64,000 nt of DNA, from the NCBI RefSeq assembly GCF_009914755.1, contig NC_060927.1; one strand, given 5' to 3'. Positions 40,613 to 58,320 of this stretch are shown here, piece by piece. Numbering within the stretch: position 1 is the first letter of the stretch; each line of letters begins with the position of its first letter. Made by a program: the position numbers and the translations under genes. Source of the stretch: the human T2T-CHM13v2.0 reference genome, Homo sapiens. The notes under the pieces were generated by a model. The model was not told where the DNA came from. It saw only the letters and a list, made by a program, of their open reading frames with translations, and did not search any database.

Positions 40613-40882
40613 GTGGATAGCTAGATCCTTTGGGTGGTGGATGGCTCTAATAATACCAAGGGCACAGATTCAATAGCTATTTAGTAGAGAGTGCTTTGCT
40701 CTCCTGAGTGACCACAGGCTATATCTCCAGCCCAGCTGGCTGTTTTTCAGATTCCTGCCATTTGTCACAAAGAGCGGTAGACTCTAGACACAGACATCCA
40801 TCACCCATGGCCGGAAAAAAATTGTTCAAATCACACACCTTTGATTAGAAAATAGAACACACTCCTGTGGAAAATGAACAGC
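40613..40882 (+). mobile_element. MamSINE1-like tRNA-headed ancient SINE
   Basis: Degenerate tRNA head (GGATAGCT...CTAAT..CCAAGG.CACAG.TTCAAT), then GACCACAG, TTTGTCACAA, ATCCATCACC, GGAAAAA and GAACAGCA in the order of the recalled consensus. Confidence 0.55.
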
Positions 40883-42654
40883 ATATAAAGAGAATGTTTA
40901 ATATACAGAATAGTATAAAAAACAATAAATAGAGAAGTAGAGAAAATAATTCAGCCATCATTTCACCAACAGAAGGAAACCACTGTTAAAATGTGAACAC
41001 TACTCTTTTTTCTATAATTTTCATCCTTGCTATGATTCTATTTATGCACCTTAGCTTCCAGATTTCTCTCCCTATTCAATATTATATCTAGAGCATTCCT
41101 CCAGGCTCCTATCATTCTTTGTGTTATTTTAAATTATTGCTTATTAATAGCTGATCAGATGGCTAAACTGTGACTTACACCATCATTGCTCATTTGCTGG
41201 AAAGATTTGTGGCATCTAGAACAAAATAACGTAATGTAAAAGTCTCCCTTTGTCCTAACCCTCCAATTCAGGTTCAAATGTTAGTCAAATTTATTTCTTT
41301 TCATACCTAAAGAAGGAAGATAGCATGGAGAATTGGAATTTGGACTGAAACAAATGAGATAATTTCATTTCTCCTTTTGTTTTGTAGATGAGAAAACTGA
41401 GATGCAGAGAATTTATGACTTATCCTGGAGGCCACTACCAGGACAAGAATTTTACTACAAACAATTCAGAATTCTCTCCAAGAATTGTGGTTCAGGGCCA
41501 TGCTGACTCAGGGAGAGAAATGAAGCAACGGAGATTGTGACTGTCTTTCCTTTTCAGCATATCACTGACAAGTATGTGCTTTTTATATTTCTAATTGCAG
41601 AAGGTCATCCCTGCGGGTTCAATGGTATCTCCTGTATTCCCTTCTGGAAGCAAACCAGCAAGTGGAAAAAAATTATATTCTTTGTACAAATGGATGAAAA
41701 TAAACATGTATGCAAATATCTTATTTATTCAACTTATATATGGGAACAGAAATACTCCCATTAAACCCAGCTCATTAGTACATAGATTTTGTCATATTTT
41801 AACAGTGAGTGAAACTCACAAATGCATTAAATGATCTTTTCTGAAAAGAATCTTTAGACAGAGAATAGCATGAGTGAGAAGGCTGGAGCACTTGTGAGCG
41901 GAATGCAGGATTGTAGCATTCAAGTCCTATTTGAGAATCACAAGCATAGAAGGAAGAATAAAAAATAGCAACTCCCATATACTACTTGCCAACATAATGC
42001 TCATGTTTATTTGTCTTGGCCATCAGGTTTTTCTGGGGAACATGACCATATGCTTCGCTTTCTAGGAGCATAAGCATTTCTATTTAATACACTAGCTAGG
42101 GAGCAAAAGATGGCTTTACAGCATATTTAATTCTATCCTTGACTTTGAAATGAAAATGGATGTCAGTTTCCCCTACCCCATCAAGCTGTTTTCCAAATGT
42201 TAAACTCTTCTGTCTTTCATCAGACCTCTTCCTACCTCATCTGTCAATGTCCTTTTATCTTCACAAATATTTTCTACTCAAATTAGATTAAAATAAACTT
42301 CTTTCTGTCTTACCTGCTGAGTTCCCCACAGTAATACTTTCTTAGTTCTTAGAAACCTGTCTACTCAGAGGTTAGACCTACAAGCAGAAGGCCTCAGAAG
42401 AATTCCCAAGGAAGATAGCATCAGTCCTGTTGTCCTAGGGAGGCTTCATCGAAAGAGAGAGAGAAGTGTTCCACTCACTTTCCATCAGCATCTTTTGAGG
42501 AAGGGAGGACACGATTTATTCATTCCAAATAACAGGGATTCTTTAGCTTTGCAAGTGCAGAAGCCTTAATTCCCATGACCTCTTGTGTAATTTTCCCATA
42601 AGGGAGCCAGAGAGAGGAGGAAGCATTCAAGAATCAAGCTATGATAAAGCCAAG

Positions 42655-42915
42655 CCAGCAGTCCTAATTTATTGAGCATTTCCTGTATGCCACTCACTGC
42701 TAAATTTTTCACACTCTTTATCTCACTCGGATCTTCATAAAAATCTTAGAGTTAAAGCTATTAGTATTGTCTTCTTGTACACTAGAAGACTGAAGGTCAG
42801 AGTGATTAAAACACTTGTCCAAATTCACATAGGTAGAAAGTGACACACCTAGAATTCAAATCCAGATGTCATTGGATCTCAGAGCCTGTGCCTTTAGCTA
42901 CAACGTAATCTGTCT
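42655..42915. mobile_element. MIR
   Basis: TTTATTGAGCATTTCCTGTATGCC...AGAATTCAAATCCAGATG. Confidence 0.7.
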
Positions 42916-44680
42916 TCCTAGGAAAGTGTCCATGGATGATGCTGGGGCAAGAAATGGCAACCAGGTGGGAACTTGAAACAAAGAGTAGAGTTTGTGGGAA
43001 TAAGAGACAAAAGGAAACTGCAGAGATTACCTGGGAAAGTGGAAAGTGGTCGCCTGAGCTGGTGTGGGTGGAGTGGGTTGAGGAACATAATCTCCAAATG
43101 GCCCTGCCCCTCCGGCTTTACATTGGCTTCACTCATGCTGAGTGCCTGCTATTCTTAAACGATCCCTCCATTGTCGTCTCTGTCTAGATTCTCTCCAGTC
43201 TCATGTCACATTCGCTCTCCCACACTAACTCCCACCATCCTGTGCTTTGGGTTCCTTGAATATGCTCTGTGTTCTCCCCTTTTTACCAGGACTGTTCTCT
43301 CTGACTGGAATCTTCTTTGTCCTTCCTCCCTTAGCCTGATTAACTTCACCTGGGATGCCACGTTGCATCCTCAGGACAAGTGTAGATGCTAGAACCAGGT
43401 TGCCTGGATTCAGTTTCCGAATCTACTTTTGCTGTGTGTGTGTGACCTTGGCTAAAGGATTTAACTTCTCTGTTTCCTCAACTAAAAGGCTGTCGTGAGG
43501 AGGAATGAGTTCAAACATGTGAAGTGCCCAGCACAGTGCCCAGCAGAGTTCAGAGCTCATGGGGCATTAGCTATCATTGTTCCTCATCCCCCAAACCTTA
43601 GCTGACCCTCATCTGGGAATCTTTCCTGATCCTGCTGAGCTGAAGCTACGTGGCACTCTATGGGGCATTCTGACATGGCACCTACATCCCTGCCTTACAA
43701 AGGTCTGCATCCTCATCCATCTCTTCTGATGGACTTTAAGCTCCTTGAGGACAGGAACCACATGGATCCTGTTTTCTACTGCTCTTTATTATACCTCCAG
43801 TGAAGTACTTAGCACTGGTTGCTCTCGATAAATAACTGTAGCTTTGCCTGCCCCCCAAGTTCTTACATTTGATTTTTAATTCCTGATCTTCAGTGCCAAT
43901 TGCAGGGTCAATTTGCTCCATCAGGTATCAAGTTCCCAAGAAGAGATCTACCATTCATCACTTTTGTTTGGGAAATGCTGCTTTGGGATCATTTTTCTTG
44001 AGTGTTAATTTTGCAAGCAGTGTCTTCTAGGTAACCCATCATGGGCCATTGTGACCCAAAGGTAACCCATTTGGACCACTATGACCCAAAGATCCCCCTA
44101 AACACTCATGTTCTTGGCTTACATGACCTGAAGGAGAAGAAGAGTCCTAAAACTAGGCAAAGGAAACTGATATACATCGTTCTTATTTAAAACTTTATTA
44201 CAGGAATTTCAAACATATTTCAAAGTAAGTAGATTAGTATCCTGAATTGCTGTGTACCAATATCCCAGCTTCAACAATTACCAACTCAGCCAATCTTGTT
44301 TTATCTATATCTTCATTGACTTATCCCCTTCTATCATTTTGGTGCAAATTATGTTTAATGTGTCATTTATTTCTTTATAATTGATGACATTGAGGTTTGG
44401 AAAGGTCAAGTAATTTTGGAAAAGTTAAGGTCCTCAGTAATTTCCATTGATTCATTCACTCAAACAAACATGTGTGTATCTATGTGTCAGGCACTGGCAA
44501 GTGAAAAGTAGTGAACCAGATGTACAGAATCTCTGCTTTCATGTCTTCTTGGGGTAGAAAGATGACTGGATCAGATGAGAAATAGTTGAACAAATATAAT
44601 GAAGGAGAAAATTTTAGATAATGAGTAAGTGCTGAGAGGACAACAAAAGAGAGAATGCATAGAGATTGAGGTTTGGGTGG

Positions 44681-45023
44681 TGCTATGGCTTGCATGTATC
44701 CCCTCCAAAAGCATATTTTGGAAACTTAATGCCCAATGCAAATAGTGTTGGGAGGTGGGGCCTAATGGGTAGTGTTTAGGTTGTGAGGGTTCCAGCCTCA
44801 TAAATGGATTCATGCGGATTATAAAAGAGCTTGAGGTTGTATCTTCTTTTCTCTCTCTCTGGCCTTCACCATGGGATGACACAGCAAGAAGACCCTCACA
44901 GGATGTGGTCACTTGATTTTGGACTTCCCGGCCTCCACAAATGTGAGCCAAATAAATTACTCTTCTTTATAAATTACCCAGTCTTAGGTACTCTGCTATA
45001 GCAGAACAAACAGGACTAAGACA
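44681..45023 (+). mobile_element. MSTC-like MaLR solo LTR
   Basis: TGCTATGGCTTG...TATAAATTACCCAGTC...GGACTAAGACA; 5-bp TSD (G/A)GTGG. Confidence 0.85.
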
Positions 45024-45204
45024 AGTGGTAAGGGAAGGTCTCTCAGAAGAGGGGGCATTTGAGCTGAGCTCTCAATAAAGACAAGTGAGCCATGAGAAGA
45101 TTTTAAAGCAGGAAATTTCAGACAAAGGGAACAAGTGCAGAGATTCCAAGGTGGGAATCAGCTAGAATATCTGAGAAAAAAAGAAGAACCAAGTGGCTGA
45201 AATG

Positions 45205-45646
45205 TGCTAAATGATAATTTTCAAAAAAGGATAAAATCATGACTCATGCAGATTTAACATAAACACTTGTTAAGGAATTAATTTAATTTAATTTATTCAT
45301 CAGTGAGAGATCATAGCAGATGTTATAAATGTTTCAAAAGAGAAGTCACAACAGCACAAATTTATATGGAGTTAAGGAATATTCAAGTGAATGTGTAAAC
45401 AGAGACAAAACTAGTTTCTTCAGGTGTGGTGGAAAGCCCATTGAATTTCTAAAGAACAGTATACATTTGCATATCTAGAGGCAAGAGTTATTTGGCATTG
45501 CCAAATTACAGAGCTGTAAAATAGCTTTCATATAATCTGAATCTACCTGATTCAGATTCTATGAATGTCTTCTAGAGTCTAGATATTGTATAGTGCTCAT
45601 GGAAGCACAAATTATTCCCTCCAATCTGATTGAGAAGGATAATAAT
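45205..45646 (-). mobile_element. LTR-like insertion (LTR37-like by recollection)
   Basis: ~440-bp insert in L2; the minus strand has AATAAA ~75 nt before a ...TTTAGCA end. Confidence 0.45.
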
Positions 45647-46822
45647 AGGAGATGAGATAGATGTAGTTAGGGCCCAGATCCTACATGGGCTCCAGACCCC
45701 CTTAAGAACTTTCAATTTTGTTTGAAGTTTCCAGGAAACCATAGGAGGACTTTAAAGCCAAAGAGAGGCACCCTCTTCTTCACCCATTGGACAAGGTCCA
45801 CTTTGGCTGCTGGGTGAAGATCAAACTGCTGTGGGGGATGGATTTAATCAATGACTAAATTGTATTATTAACATATAATTTTCAAAAAAGGGTAAAATCC
45901 TGATGCTCATACAAATATTTAAAGAAAGCACTTGTTAAAGATTTTATTGAATTCATTAATCACTGAGGAAACTGGCAGTTGACCCAGTGAGAGGCAAGGA
46001 TGGCTTGCAGGTAGCAGTGAAGATAGAGAGAAGAGGGATTCAGGATCACTTGTAGAGTTAGAGCTGAAAGAACTGGTTCTTGTTTTACCTAGAGTCTTGT
46101 TGCTAACTGATACGCAGAAAGAAACAAACCTTGAACCTCCAGAACTGGAAAAAGTGGGTAAGGAAGAGAAGACCTTAGCCTTGTAAAGAGGGTCAGGTGA
46201 ATTAGCAAGAAAAAGCAGAGCTAGAGGCTGCAGGCACCTAGTTTTGAGAAAGGGAGTGAAACAGAAGGCAAACGACACTGAGGCCTGAAATCTGCACCAA
46301 GTTAACTGTACAATGTGCCATTGTGGCTGGTAATAATCCTTGCCTATACTGAACTGCTAGTCTGGAAATGCCCTCACACTTAGTGTGAATAGTGAATTTG
46401 GATCTGCAGGGGAAATGGGACAAGAAGGTACCTGCCTGTAAGAGAAAGGGGTTATAGCAGAGGTTACAATCCTCAAGGGTTCACCGGTAGGTGGAAATAC
46501 AGCCCCTCACTCCTTGCTCATCACTACATCACCCCGTGATCCAATAATTTACCCAATATAAGTGGCAGGAGAAGGCCAATTATGGGAGTCTTGTTTGGGG
46601 GCTGCCTGAAGGGACTTCTTCCATTACGATTACTGTGACCTTGTTTGATAGATGTGAAAATCAAGTCCTAAAAAGGCTAAAAGAGCTGCCGAATGCCACA
46701 AAGAAGTGGCGTTGTCACTGGAAACCAGAGTCTCACTCAACAGTACTCGTCTCACTGCACTGTACAGCCCTAGTTCTACCATGCCAATTCGTTCAGAACA
46801 AGATCAGACTCAACTTTCTGTA

Positions 46823-47012
46823 TCAGCACTATCCAAAAGCACTTGCTGCAATGATAGAAATGTATAATTATGCTGTCTGATACATTAGCTGATAGCCACA
46901 TGTAGCAATTGAGTACTTGAAATATATTACTGAGACTGAGGAACTGAATTTTTAATTTAATTTAAATGTAAATAGACACATGTGGCTGGCTAATAGCTAC
47001 TCTCTAGGACCA
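46823..47012. mobile_element. MER3-like hAT-Charlie
   Basis: CTGCAATGATAGAAATG...TAGCCACATGT...GACTGAGGAACTGAATTTTTAATTT...CACATGTGGCT. Confidence 0.8.
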
Positions 47013-47202
47013 TGAAGTTTTCTACCACAGCAAACTGTACATTTCTTAATAGGGCTTCATTGTGGACATTTGTCAATTCATTTTTGCTTGAACACCTTTC
47101 CTAGGTTTCAGCTCCTGGCCTTGAACAGTCCTCCCACCTCAGCCTGCCAAGTAGCTGGGATTACAGGCCTGAGCCACCATACCTGGCAACAAGAGTATGT
47201 TC

Positions 47203-50649
<3,447 letters not shown>

Positions 50650-51159
50650 CAGGAGTATGTTCTACAATAGCTACAAGTAGCTAAAATTTCTAGTATGCTT
50701 ATTTTACACTAGCCAATAGGCTAAGCCCTCTGTGTATATTATCTTAATTAAGTTTTATAATGATTCAGTTTTGTTTTTCTCTTTATTTTATAGGTAAGAA
50801 AACTGCAGCTTAATAAAATCTAGTGTGTTGCACTGGGTCACGTAGTTAATAAAGAGTGGTGGCAGGATTTGAGTGTAATTCTCTTTGGCTCCAAACCCCA
50901 TGCGTGGTTCTGTTCAAACTATTTCACTGCTTTTAATATGCAGAATCTTCCTGAGAGAGGTGGGAGAAATAAACTAGATTTCTGCCCCAAAATAGACCCA
51001 AGGACAAAAAACAAACAAAAAAACCCCAAACATACTTTTCTTCAAGTCGGTAGTTTAACACTTACAATTGAATAGTTCCATCTTCCTATGAATTTTTTTT
51101 CAAAATTCTGAGACCCAACTCACTTTTCCCTACAATTCCTTTGTTGCAAATTGTTTTAG

Positions 51160-51514
<355 letters not shown>

Positions 51515-53109
51515 AGCTGTTTTTAATGAAATTTTCTTAATTTATGTTTTAAATGTTGGTGTAATACAACAAATAAAAGCCTTCATTTCCTCTCCTAACA
51601 TCAATTGCTTCTCCCACAGGAAACACCAAAATAGCTAGGTATGTTTATCTCTAGACATTGATACATTTATAAACAGATGTACATTCTATATAGAGTTTTT
51701 AATCATTTGATTTATACAGATGGAATTATAGTATGCCTACTGCTCTGTTCCTTCACTTGTTCTTTTATCTCATCATGGATATCTTTCCACGGTGGTATAT
51801 ATACAGCCATCTCATTCTTTTTAACAACCCAGGTTATTTTGCAAAGCAGAATTTAAATGGTCATTATAATATATCATATTCTCCTTTTCCCCTGCTGGCT
51901 AAGCACTCACACCAGGCTCATAAAAAGAATGCTGGGTCTGAAGTTCTTTAAAATGAGCACTAGTCTATTTCCCCTTCTGATATAACTGTTGGAAAGTGAT
52001 TTTTCTCTTGCTTATATTTCATTCTCTGGAGTGTTTCATTTGTTCCTGCCTGGAGCTAATCTTCAGTGTAAAGGAAGCTTTTTTGCCACCCATTATTCCA
52101 TTTAAAAACAAACAAACAACAACAACAAAAAAAACAATTGGGTTTCCCAAAAGGATAGACCAGCAATGTCTTCTAACAAACTCCTTCAAAATGATCCTGT
52201 CTGCAACCACATTTGTCAATAAGAGAATTATAAGGGGAATGGAGAATTTAATATGCGTTGGGACCTCCCCTCCTTCCAGTTTTGTGTGTGTAGGAGACTG
52301 TAATGAAGAAGCCGATTAGTATTTAATGCCCTAATCTGTACAATGCTCTCCTTGATAGAGCTTTAATTATTTAGAAGGTCTTGAAGGCAGCCAATGTACT
52401 TAATACACTGCACAGGGAAACGTGCAAATCACCCGAGTAAGGGAAATTGCAAGTCAGAGGAAAATGGTCAGCTCCCAGTCAGAGCTGACCAAGTCCTCCA
52501 CAACAAGACTCGATTTCCAGCTGGATCATTTCACTAGGCAGCAGCACTGAAGCTTTTAGCTTGTATGTGCAAAGGGCTTTAAAAAGTCATGTACATCCTA
52601 AGCATTTAATTTTAAAGGTCCCCATGGGAGGGTGGCCTCTGTGAGCTTGACTAAACTGAAATGTTTTGGTTCAACAAGGAAGAGAGACAATGGGGAGGGA
52701 TCAGAATCCAAGCTTTTGGAAAGCCCTCCAGGTTTTGTCTTCAGGGACCAAACTGGCTGAGGCTTTCTGTCACGGTTCCAGAATGAATAACGCACACAAC
52801 TAATTAAGAGTAGTCTTGAATAATTAACATCTGTGCAACCAGACAGCTTTGCCTCGGGACCATTAAGAAGCAAATCCAAAAGTGAATGGTACACAGTCAG
52901 CAATGGTTTCTGCAGGAGATATGCACCCCCCACCTCAAGACACAATTCTGAGAAGCATTTCATGAGGTTCTTCAAAAGGTCCCAGGGGACCTGCAATGGT
53001 CACCCAGAGCAGCAGCAGGTGACCCCCACTGGGCTTTACAGTGTCCCTGTCTCCTACTATGTCTCTCTCCCGTCTCTCACTCCCTAGGATCACTTCCCAC
53101 ATAAATCAC

Positions 53110-53111
<2 letters not shown>

Positions 53112-53151
<40 letters not shown>
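53112..53151. repeat. (AC)20 microsatellite
   Basis: Perfect run. Confidence 0.95.
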
Positions 53152-53153
<2 letters not shown>

Positions 53154-54054
53154 AATGGCACGGTTTGGAAGCAGATGATGCTTGACAGATTCTGCTTGGA
53201 AGGAGGTAGGGGAGAGGAGGTGGCATAGAGGAGGGAAAAGATCTCCATAATTGATATCAACAGAGTTGAAATTAAAGTTGGGATAGAGCAAAACAGAATG
53301 AATGAATTCAGGCTAAAGATCCACTGTAATATAAATCTTCTACTTATCAGATTAGATTAATTAGAATGATGTACAGTTCAACACAGACTTAATTTTTATG
53401 TCATCCTGTTTTATCTCCCCTTTGTTTCAAAATTAGCCATACTTTTTTGCTTACACAGAAACATACATAAAATATAAAACAAATATGTAAATATAAAATA
53501 TATATAATATATGAAAATAATGCTACAATATATATTTCTGCTTAAGTGTGAAAAGATAACAAGGAGTTGGTGTCTGTGGTTTCCTCTGATGTCAAAGTCA
53601 GAAAATGGGTCCCCTACAGATAAAACTTAAAAGAGGCTCATTTTTGTATTACAAACTCTTTTGTATATGTTCAATTTTGTATCATATGCATACATTACCT
53701 AAGCAAAAAAGAAAGTTCATTTTAAAAACATGCTTTTGGCAGTAATAATCTAGGATTCCTCCTCTTCCAGCCCCCTCCTTAGCAATAGTTTGGTGTATAT
53801 CCTTCTAAATCAATGGTTCTCAACCTGGCTGTGTACTGAAATTTGTGTGTGAGAATGTGTAATGTGTGTTTGCGTATAAGTATATACATTATGTATGATC
53901 AATATATAGTTGTATGTTGTTTGCTGGTCTTTTTTTTTTTTTTTACTTCTTTTGGTTACACAGTAATCAATTTTAGGTTTGATTCTTGCTGAGTCTTATC
54001 GCTGATTCTAAATTTGCCCTTTCCATAGTAATGCATAACAGGATAAATATATTT

Positions 54055-54119
54055 TCATATATATATAATATATTTATCTCTCTTTACATATATATGTGTG
54101 TTTATGTATATGTATGTGA

Positions 54120-54150
<31 letters not shown>
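54055..54150. repeat. (TA)n/(TG)n compound repeat
   Basis: Seen directly. Confidence 0.85.
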
Positions 54151-54151
<1 letters not shown>

Positions 54152-54234
54152 ATAGTAAATAGTTTACATTGTTTCAAACTAATACAAGCCAAAGAAAGGT
54201 ATTTTATTTGAGAATACTGAGATGTCTCATGGAA

Positions 54235-54640
54235 GTTAAAGTTAGCTGCTAAAATAAACACCAAATTCACAATGACCTGACAAAGGAAATGTTTGTTTGT
54301 CACTCATTTCACAGGTTAGTTGAGTCTTTGCCAGGTGACCTTCCACAAAGTGATTCAGGAACTTAGACTTATTCTAGCTAATGGCTCCACTGAGCCTTGA
54401 ATCTTCTGCTGGATCCTGTTCCCTGGCCAGTCAATGAACACAGAGAGAGAATGAGCTGGGTAGGGCTTGTGGAAGAATTAAGGTACCCCGTCTGGAAGCA
54501 GCACATCACTTCTGTCCATAGTCCATCAGCTGGGACTCAGTCACATGGCATTACTCAACTGCAGGGGAGGCTGGCAATGTGGTATAGCAATGTGCCCAGG
54601 GAGAAGAGGAGAGCTTGGGTACTGGCAAGTTCCAGAAGCC
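54235..54640. mobile_element. MLT1J-like MaLR LTR
   Basis: CACATCACTTCTGTCCATAGTCCAT...CTCAGTCACATGG...AACTGCAGGGGAGGCTGG. Confidence 0.7.
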
Positions 54641-56119
54641 CATCATAAGCAGGAAGTGTGGGCTGGCCTAAACAAACACACGGCCAATGCTTAACAACCC
54701 CAGCAACTGGGCCTTCTCTCATCCTCTCTCTCTGGTACTGCATCATGTGTCTTTGCTTCTCCCTGAACAACTAAATACATCATTCTTCTCTCCCCTCCCC
54801 TCTTTCTCTTCCTCTACCTCTCCAGGTACACTTAAGAGAATGTCTGCGGTTTGTCTGCCAGACAGTGTCTACTCTCAAAATAATTATCTAATTTTAGTAC
54901 TTCTGACACCACCTAAGGGTTCAGTTTGCAATGAGAGCCTGTTAGGGATTTGGACTTGGTGGGGGAACGCTTCTTTGAGGAGTAACACTTAAGCTGAAAT
55001 CTGATGAATGAGGTGGGAGAAAGGGGAGGGGTCAGGGTGGGGCGAGACAGGCGAATGATGGAGAACCCCAGGCAGAGGAAACAGAATTCTTTACACTGGT
55101 TGCCAAGGAGAGGTAAATGGTGTCACCCAGGCAGTATGTGATGGGGTCTACGGCAAACAGAAACTTGTTGACCATCATGAGAATTTTCTGTTCTTTCCCT
55201 CATGACAAGGAAAATTAATCTCTTTTCTTTAAATATTTATTTTTTAGAATAGGGACCACTCTAGCTCTTAGGCTTTTTCTTAAAAAAATTGCTAGGGTAG
55301 CATAATTGATGGGGCAGAGTGGTTTTGGCTACTGTAGTCATAGGGATTGGACTATACCTGTTTGGCTATAGTCATAGGAATTGGAAAACCTGGTCATGAC
55401 CAGGCTATGTGATAATGTATGATAACCACATAGCCCCCTCTTCTTCAGATTAGCTTATCCATGCCATCAGGAATGTTAAATGAAGTCACTTAGAGTTAAA
55501 AGTCTGGAAATTTTTTTATCATGTATAATTGCCGGAAAATTGATAAATGCAGCAATTATCAGGCAAAGATTGAGCTGAAACATGCCTATTAAAAGGATGC
55601 TAAGATTTAGTTTATAGTGTGTTTTATATAGCTAGCTCCTCATTGGTTGAAACATTAGTGGCATTGAATCTCTGTGCAACAATCACTACAACTCATATTT
55701 ATTTATTGTGGATGGAAAGTCAGTGGGCAGAAATGTGTTGTTAATGATGCGTTGGCATGGCATTTCTGAAATTATGAAACATAGCCTGAAATATTAAAAT
55801 ATCCTCTTATCAAGTGCAAAGTTAAATTTAAAAAAATTGTTCTACTACATGAGTGTCAATTTCTTCATACTGATAGAAATAGTACAGACTTAGTACAAAA
55901 CTAAAGTGAAATGCTATCCAGGACTAAATAAACCCTAACTAACTTTTAGACTATTTGGGCAAGTATGCAATAAGAAAAATAGACATAATTATCAATATTT
56001 TACAGACGGGAACTGAATTAACTATAAATATCTTACAAAATAAAAGAGCTTTAAATTATCATGAAAATTATGTTGTAATAGTCTTGCTCTTTGCTCTCTG
56101 ACAATAATTTTTTATGTGA

Positions 56120-56330
56120 AATCCTAACTGTAGTGTTTACTAGGTATATGACCTTAGGTAATTTATTTAATCTTTCTGAGCCTCAGTTTTGTCATCTGTA
56201 AAGTGTATATCTTAATTAGGACAGATTCTATAAACTTGTTTTGAAGATTAATTGAGATACTTTATCTAAAGCACTTAGCATAATTCCTAGCACTTAATAT
56301 AAGTCAGTACTCAATAAAAAGTAGTTATTA
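56120..56330. mobile_element. MIR
   Basis: TCTTTCTGAGCCTCAGTTTTGTCATCTGTAAA. Confidence 0.8.
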
Positions 56331-58039
56331 TCTATAGTAGAATTTTACTACAAACCTTCGGAAACACAGCTTCCAAGTGTTCACTCAATAAAATATAGTT
56401 TTGAAATACCACTAGATATTTGGAGGTAGATACACAAAGAAATACAAATGTTATTGTCCCTACCTTTGAAAATTTATAGTGCTTTTGTAGGGAATAAGAC
56501 TAAGTGAGGTTAAATACCCTATGAGGAAATAGGGGATTAATGATAAACTGATGTCATAGACCTGTGTTTCTTGATTTTAGACTTTGTTTAAAGAAAAGTG
56601 TTATATCAGGCACTCAGGGTTAACTTAAATTATTTTTACTGTAATGCTATTTACATATAGTATGCACAAAGACAAATGCATGTTATAAACTCCTTCTTGC
56701 TCTAAGGTACCTATGAAACAAAAGAAAATAAAGAAATTAAATACAAGCTACAAAATCATTAAAATTCAAATATACAGCATTTATTTAACATTTTTAATAA
56801 TGTTGTTTCCTGAAACCAAATGGTGTTTTAGAGATTTTTGGTTTGGGAGGTGGGGAGGTAGCAGGTGTCAGACAGGGCTTTCTGGTAAAGGTGGAATTTA
56901 AGATAGCAAAGGTGAAGAGGAATAATATGTGCAAGTTCTCCTTAGGAAGTAAGTTGGCTGCCTGGCAACCTGAGTAGGTGGTTTGTTAGATAATTTTGAT
57001 GAAAGGAAGGAAAAAATTAAGATAAGTGAAAGTTGCAAAGTTAAGAAAATTTCTTACAAACTAGGGGATATCTGTGCTTGTTTAAAGATACAAAGAAGGA
57101 AACAACTGAGGAAAAGCCAGGAGGGGAGAGTGTGTCAGTATCACTGTAGTGCTGATCTTCTCATCTATCCTGCCCCTTCTCCTTCTCTTTCCTCCCTTGA
57201 CAAACTCCTTCTACCCTACTCCACCTTCTTCACTGTGATTGGTCTACAGAGGGGTCTATGAGCTTAGTTTAGCCAATCAGGTTGTTTCTCCTGAGATTTT
57301 GAAACTGGAGCAGTGAACCAGTATTAAAAGGAATCTGACATTGTCATCTTATGGTGCCATCCCAGAGGAAAGAACCACAGCTTCTACTGCCAAGGTCTTT
57401 ACCAGGTCTTGATTTTTCAACTCTTTTGGGTAAATCAGTCTTTGCCTAGCTTAGCCAGAATCACATTAAATGCAACCAAAAGAGCATTAACTGATACATA
57501 AGAAGGGGGCTGTACATGTTGATATAAAGACCCACACTTTTTGGGTTGGGGGCACTAAGGGAAGCATAAAGGATAAGTGTTAGTCACAGATAGACAGGCA
57601 GATGAAGGGGTTCAGATTAAATGACCTCAAGCTTCTCAACAAAGTAAGAAGTTGGATTGTCTGCCAAGCATAAGGTGGTGGAATGTGATTATAAAAAGTG
57701 TTTAACATTTGAAGACATTTTAATCTTCTTAGCTTATGGTACAGAATCTATGTAGTGCGTGATCTGACACTGTTAAGAAGGTGTTTGACTAAACTAATTG
57801 CTAGTCACTGGAATTTAGGGTTAGAAGAAGGAAGAAGTTGGATCTTATGTGTGTCAGGGAATGGGTAGAGACAATCTTAAACAGTGTGGTAACAGAGCTA
57901 AGCATTATCTGGAGAAAAGGTGAGGGCAGAAGGCCCCCCTGCAGTAGCCCAACCAAAGAGAGAATTTGATAAGTTTTGAAACAGCTAGGGAATACCAAGT
58001 GTTGCAGGAGTGAGGGAAATGGGGAAATACTGGTCTGAG

Positions 58040-58320
58040 AGTACAAATATGCAGTTAAAGATGAATAGGTTCTGGATTCTAATGTACAGCATGGTGACTG
58101 GTTAATAATTTGTTGTGTACTTCAAATTTGCTACAAGGGTAGATCTTGAGTATTCTTGCCACACAAAAAAGTAACTATGTGAGGTCATGAATGTGTTAAT
58201 TGGCTTGATTGTGGTAATAACTGCACAATGTTTACTGATATCAAAGCATCATGTCATACATACATACACCTTAAACATATACAATTGTTATATTTCATAT
58301 ACCTTAATAAAACTGAGGAA
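58040..58320 (+). mobile_element. L1MA-type 3' end
   Basis: CTAATGTACAGCATGGTGACT...GTAACTATGTGAGGT...CTTGATTGTGGTAAT. Confidence 0.8.

Larger units (their letters stand above)
44445..46230 (-). mobile_element. L2 (antisense), fragmented by later LTR insertions
   Basis: Starts CATTGATTCATTCACTCAAACAAACA...TATGTGTCAGGCACTG; L2 motifs resume at ~45024, ~45650 and ~45970. Confidence 0.65.

Noticed and set aside
40613-40690. tRNA gene
   Set aside because: Too degenerate for a cloverleaf; continues into a SINE body
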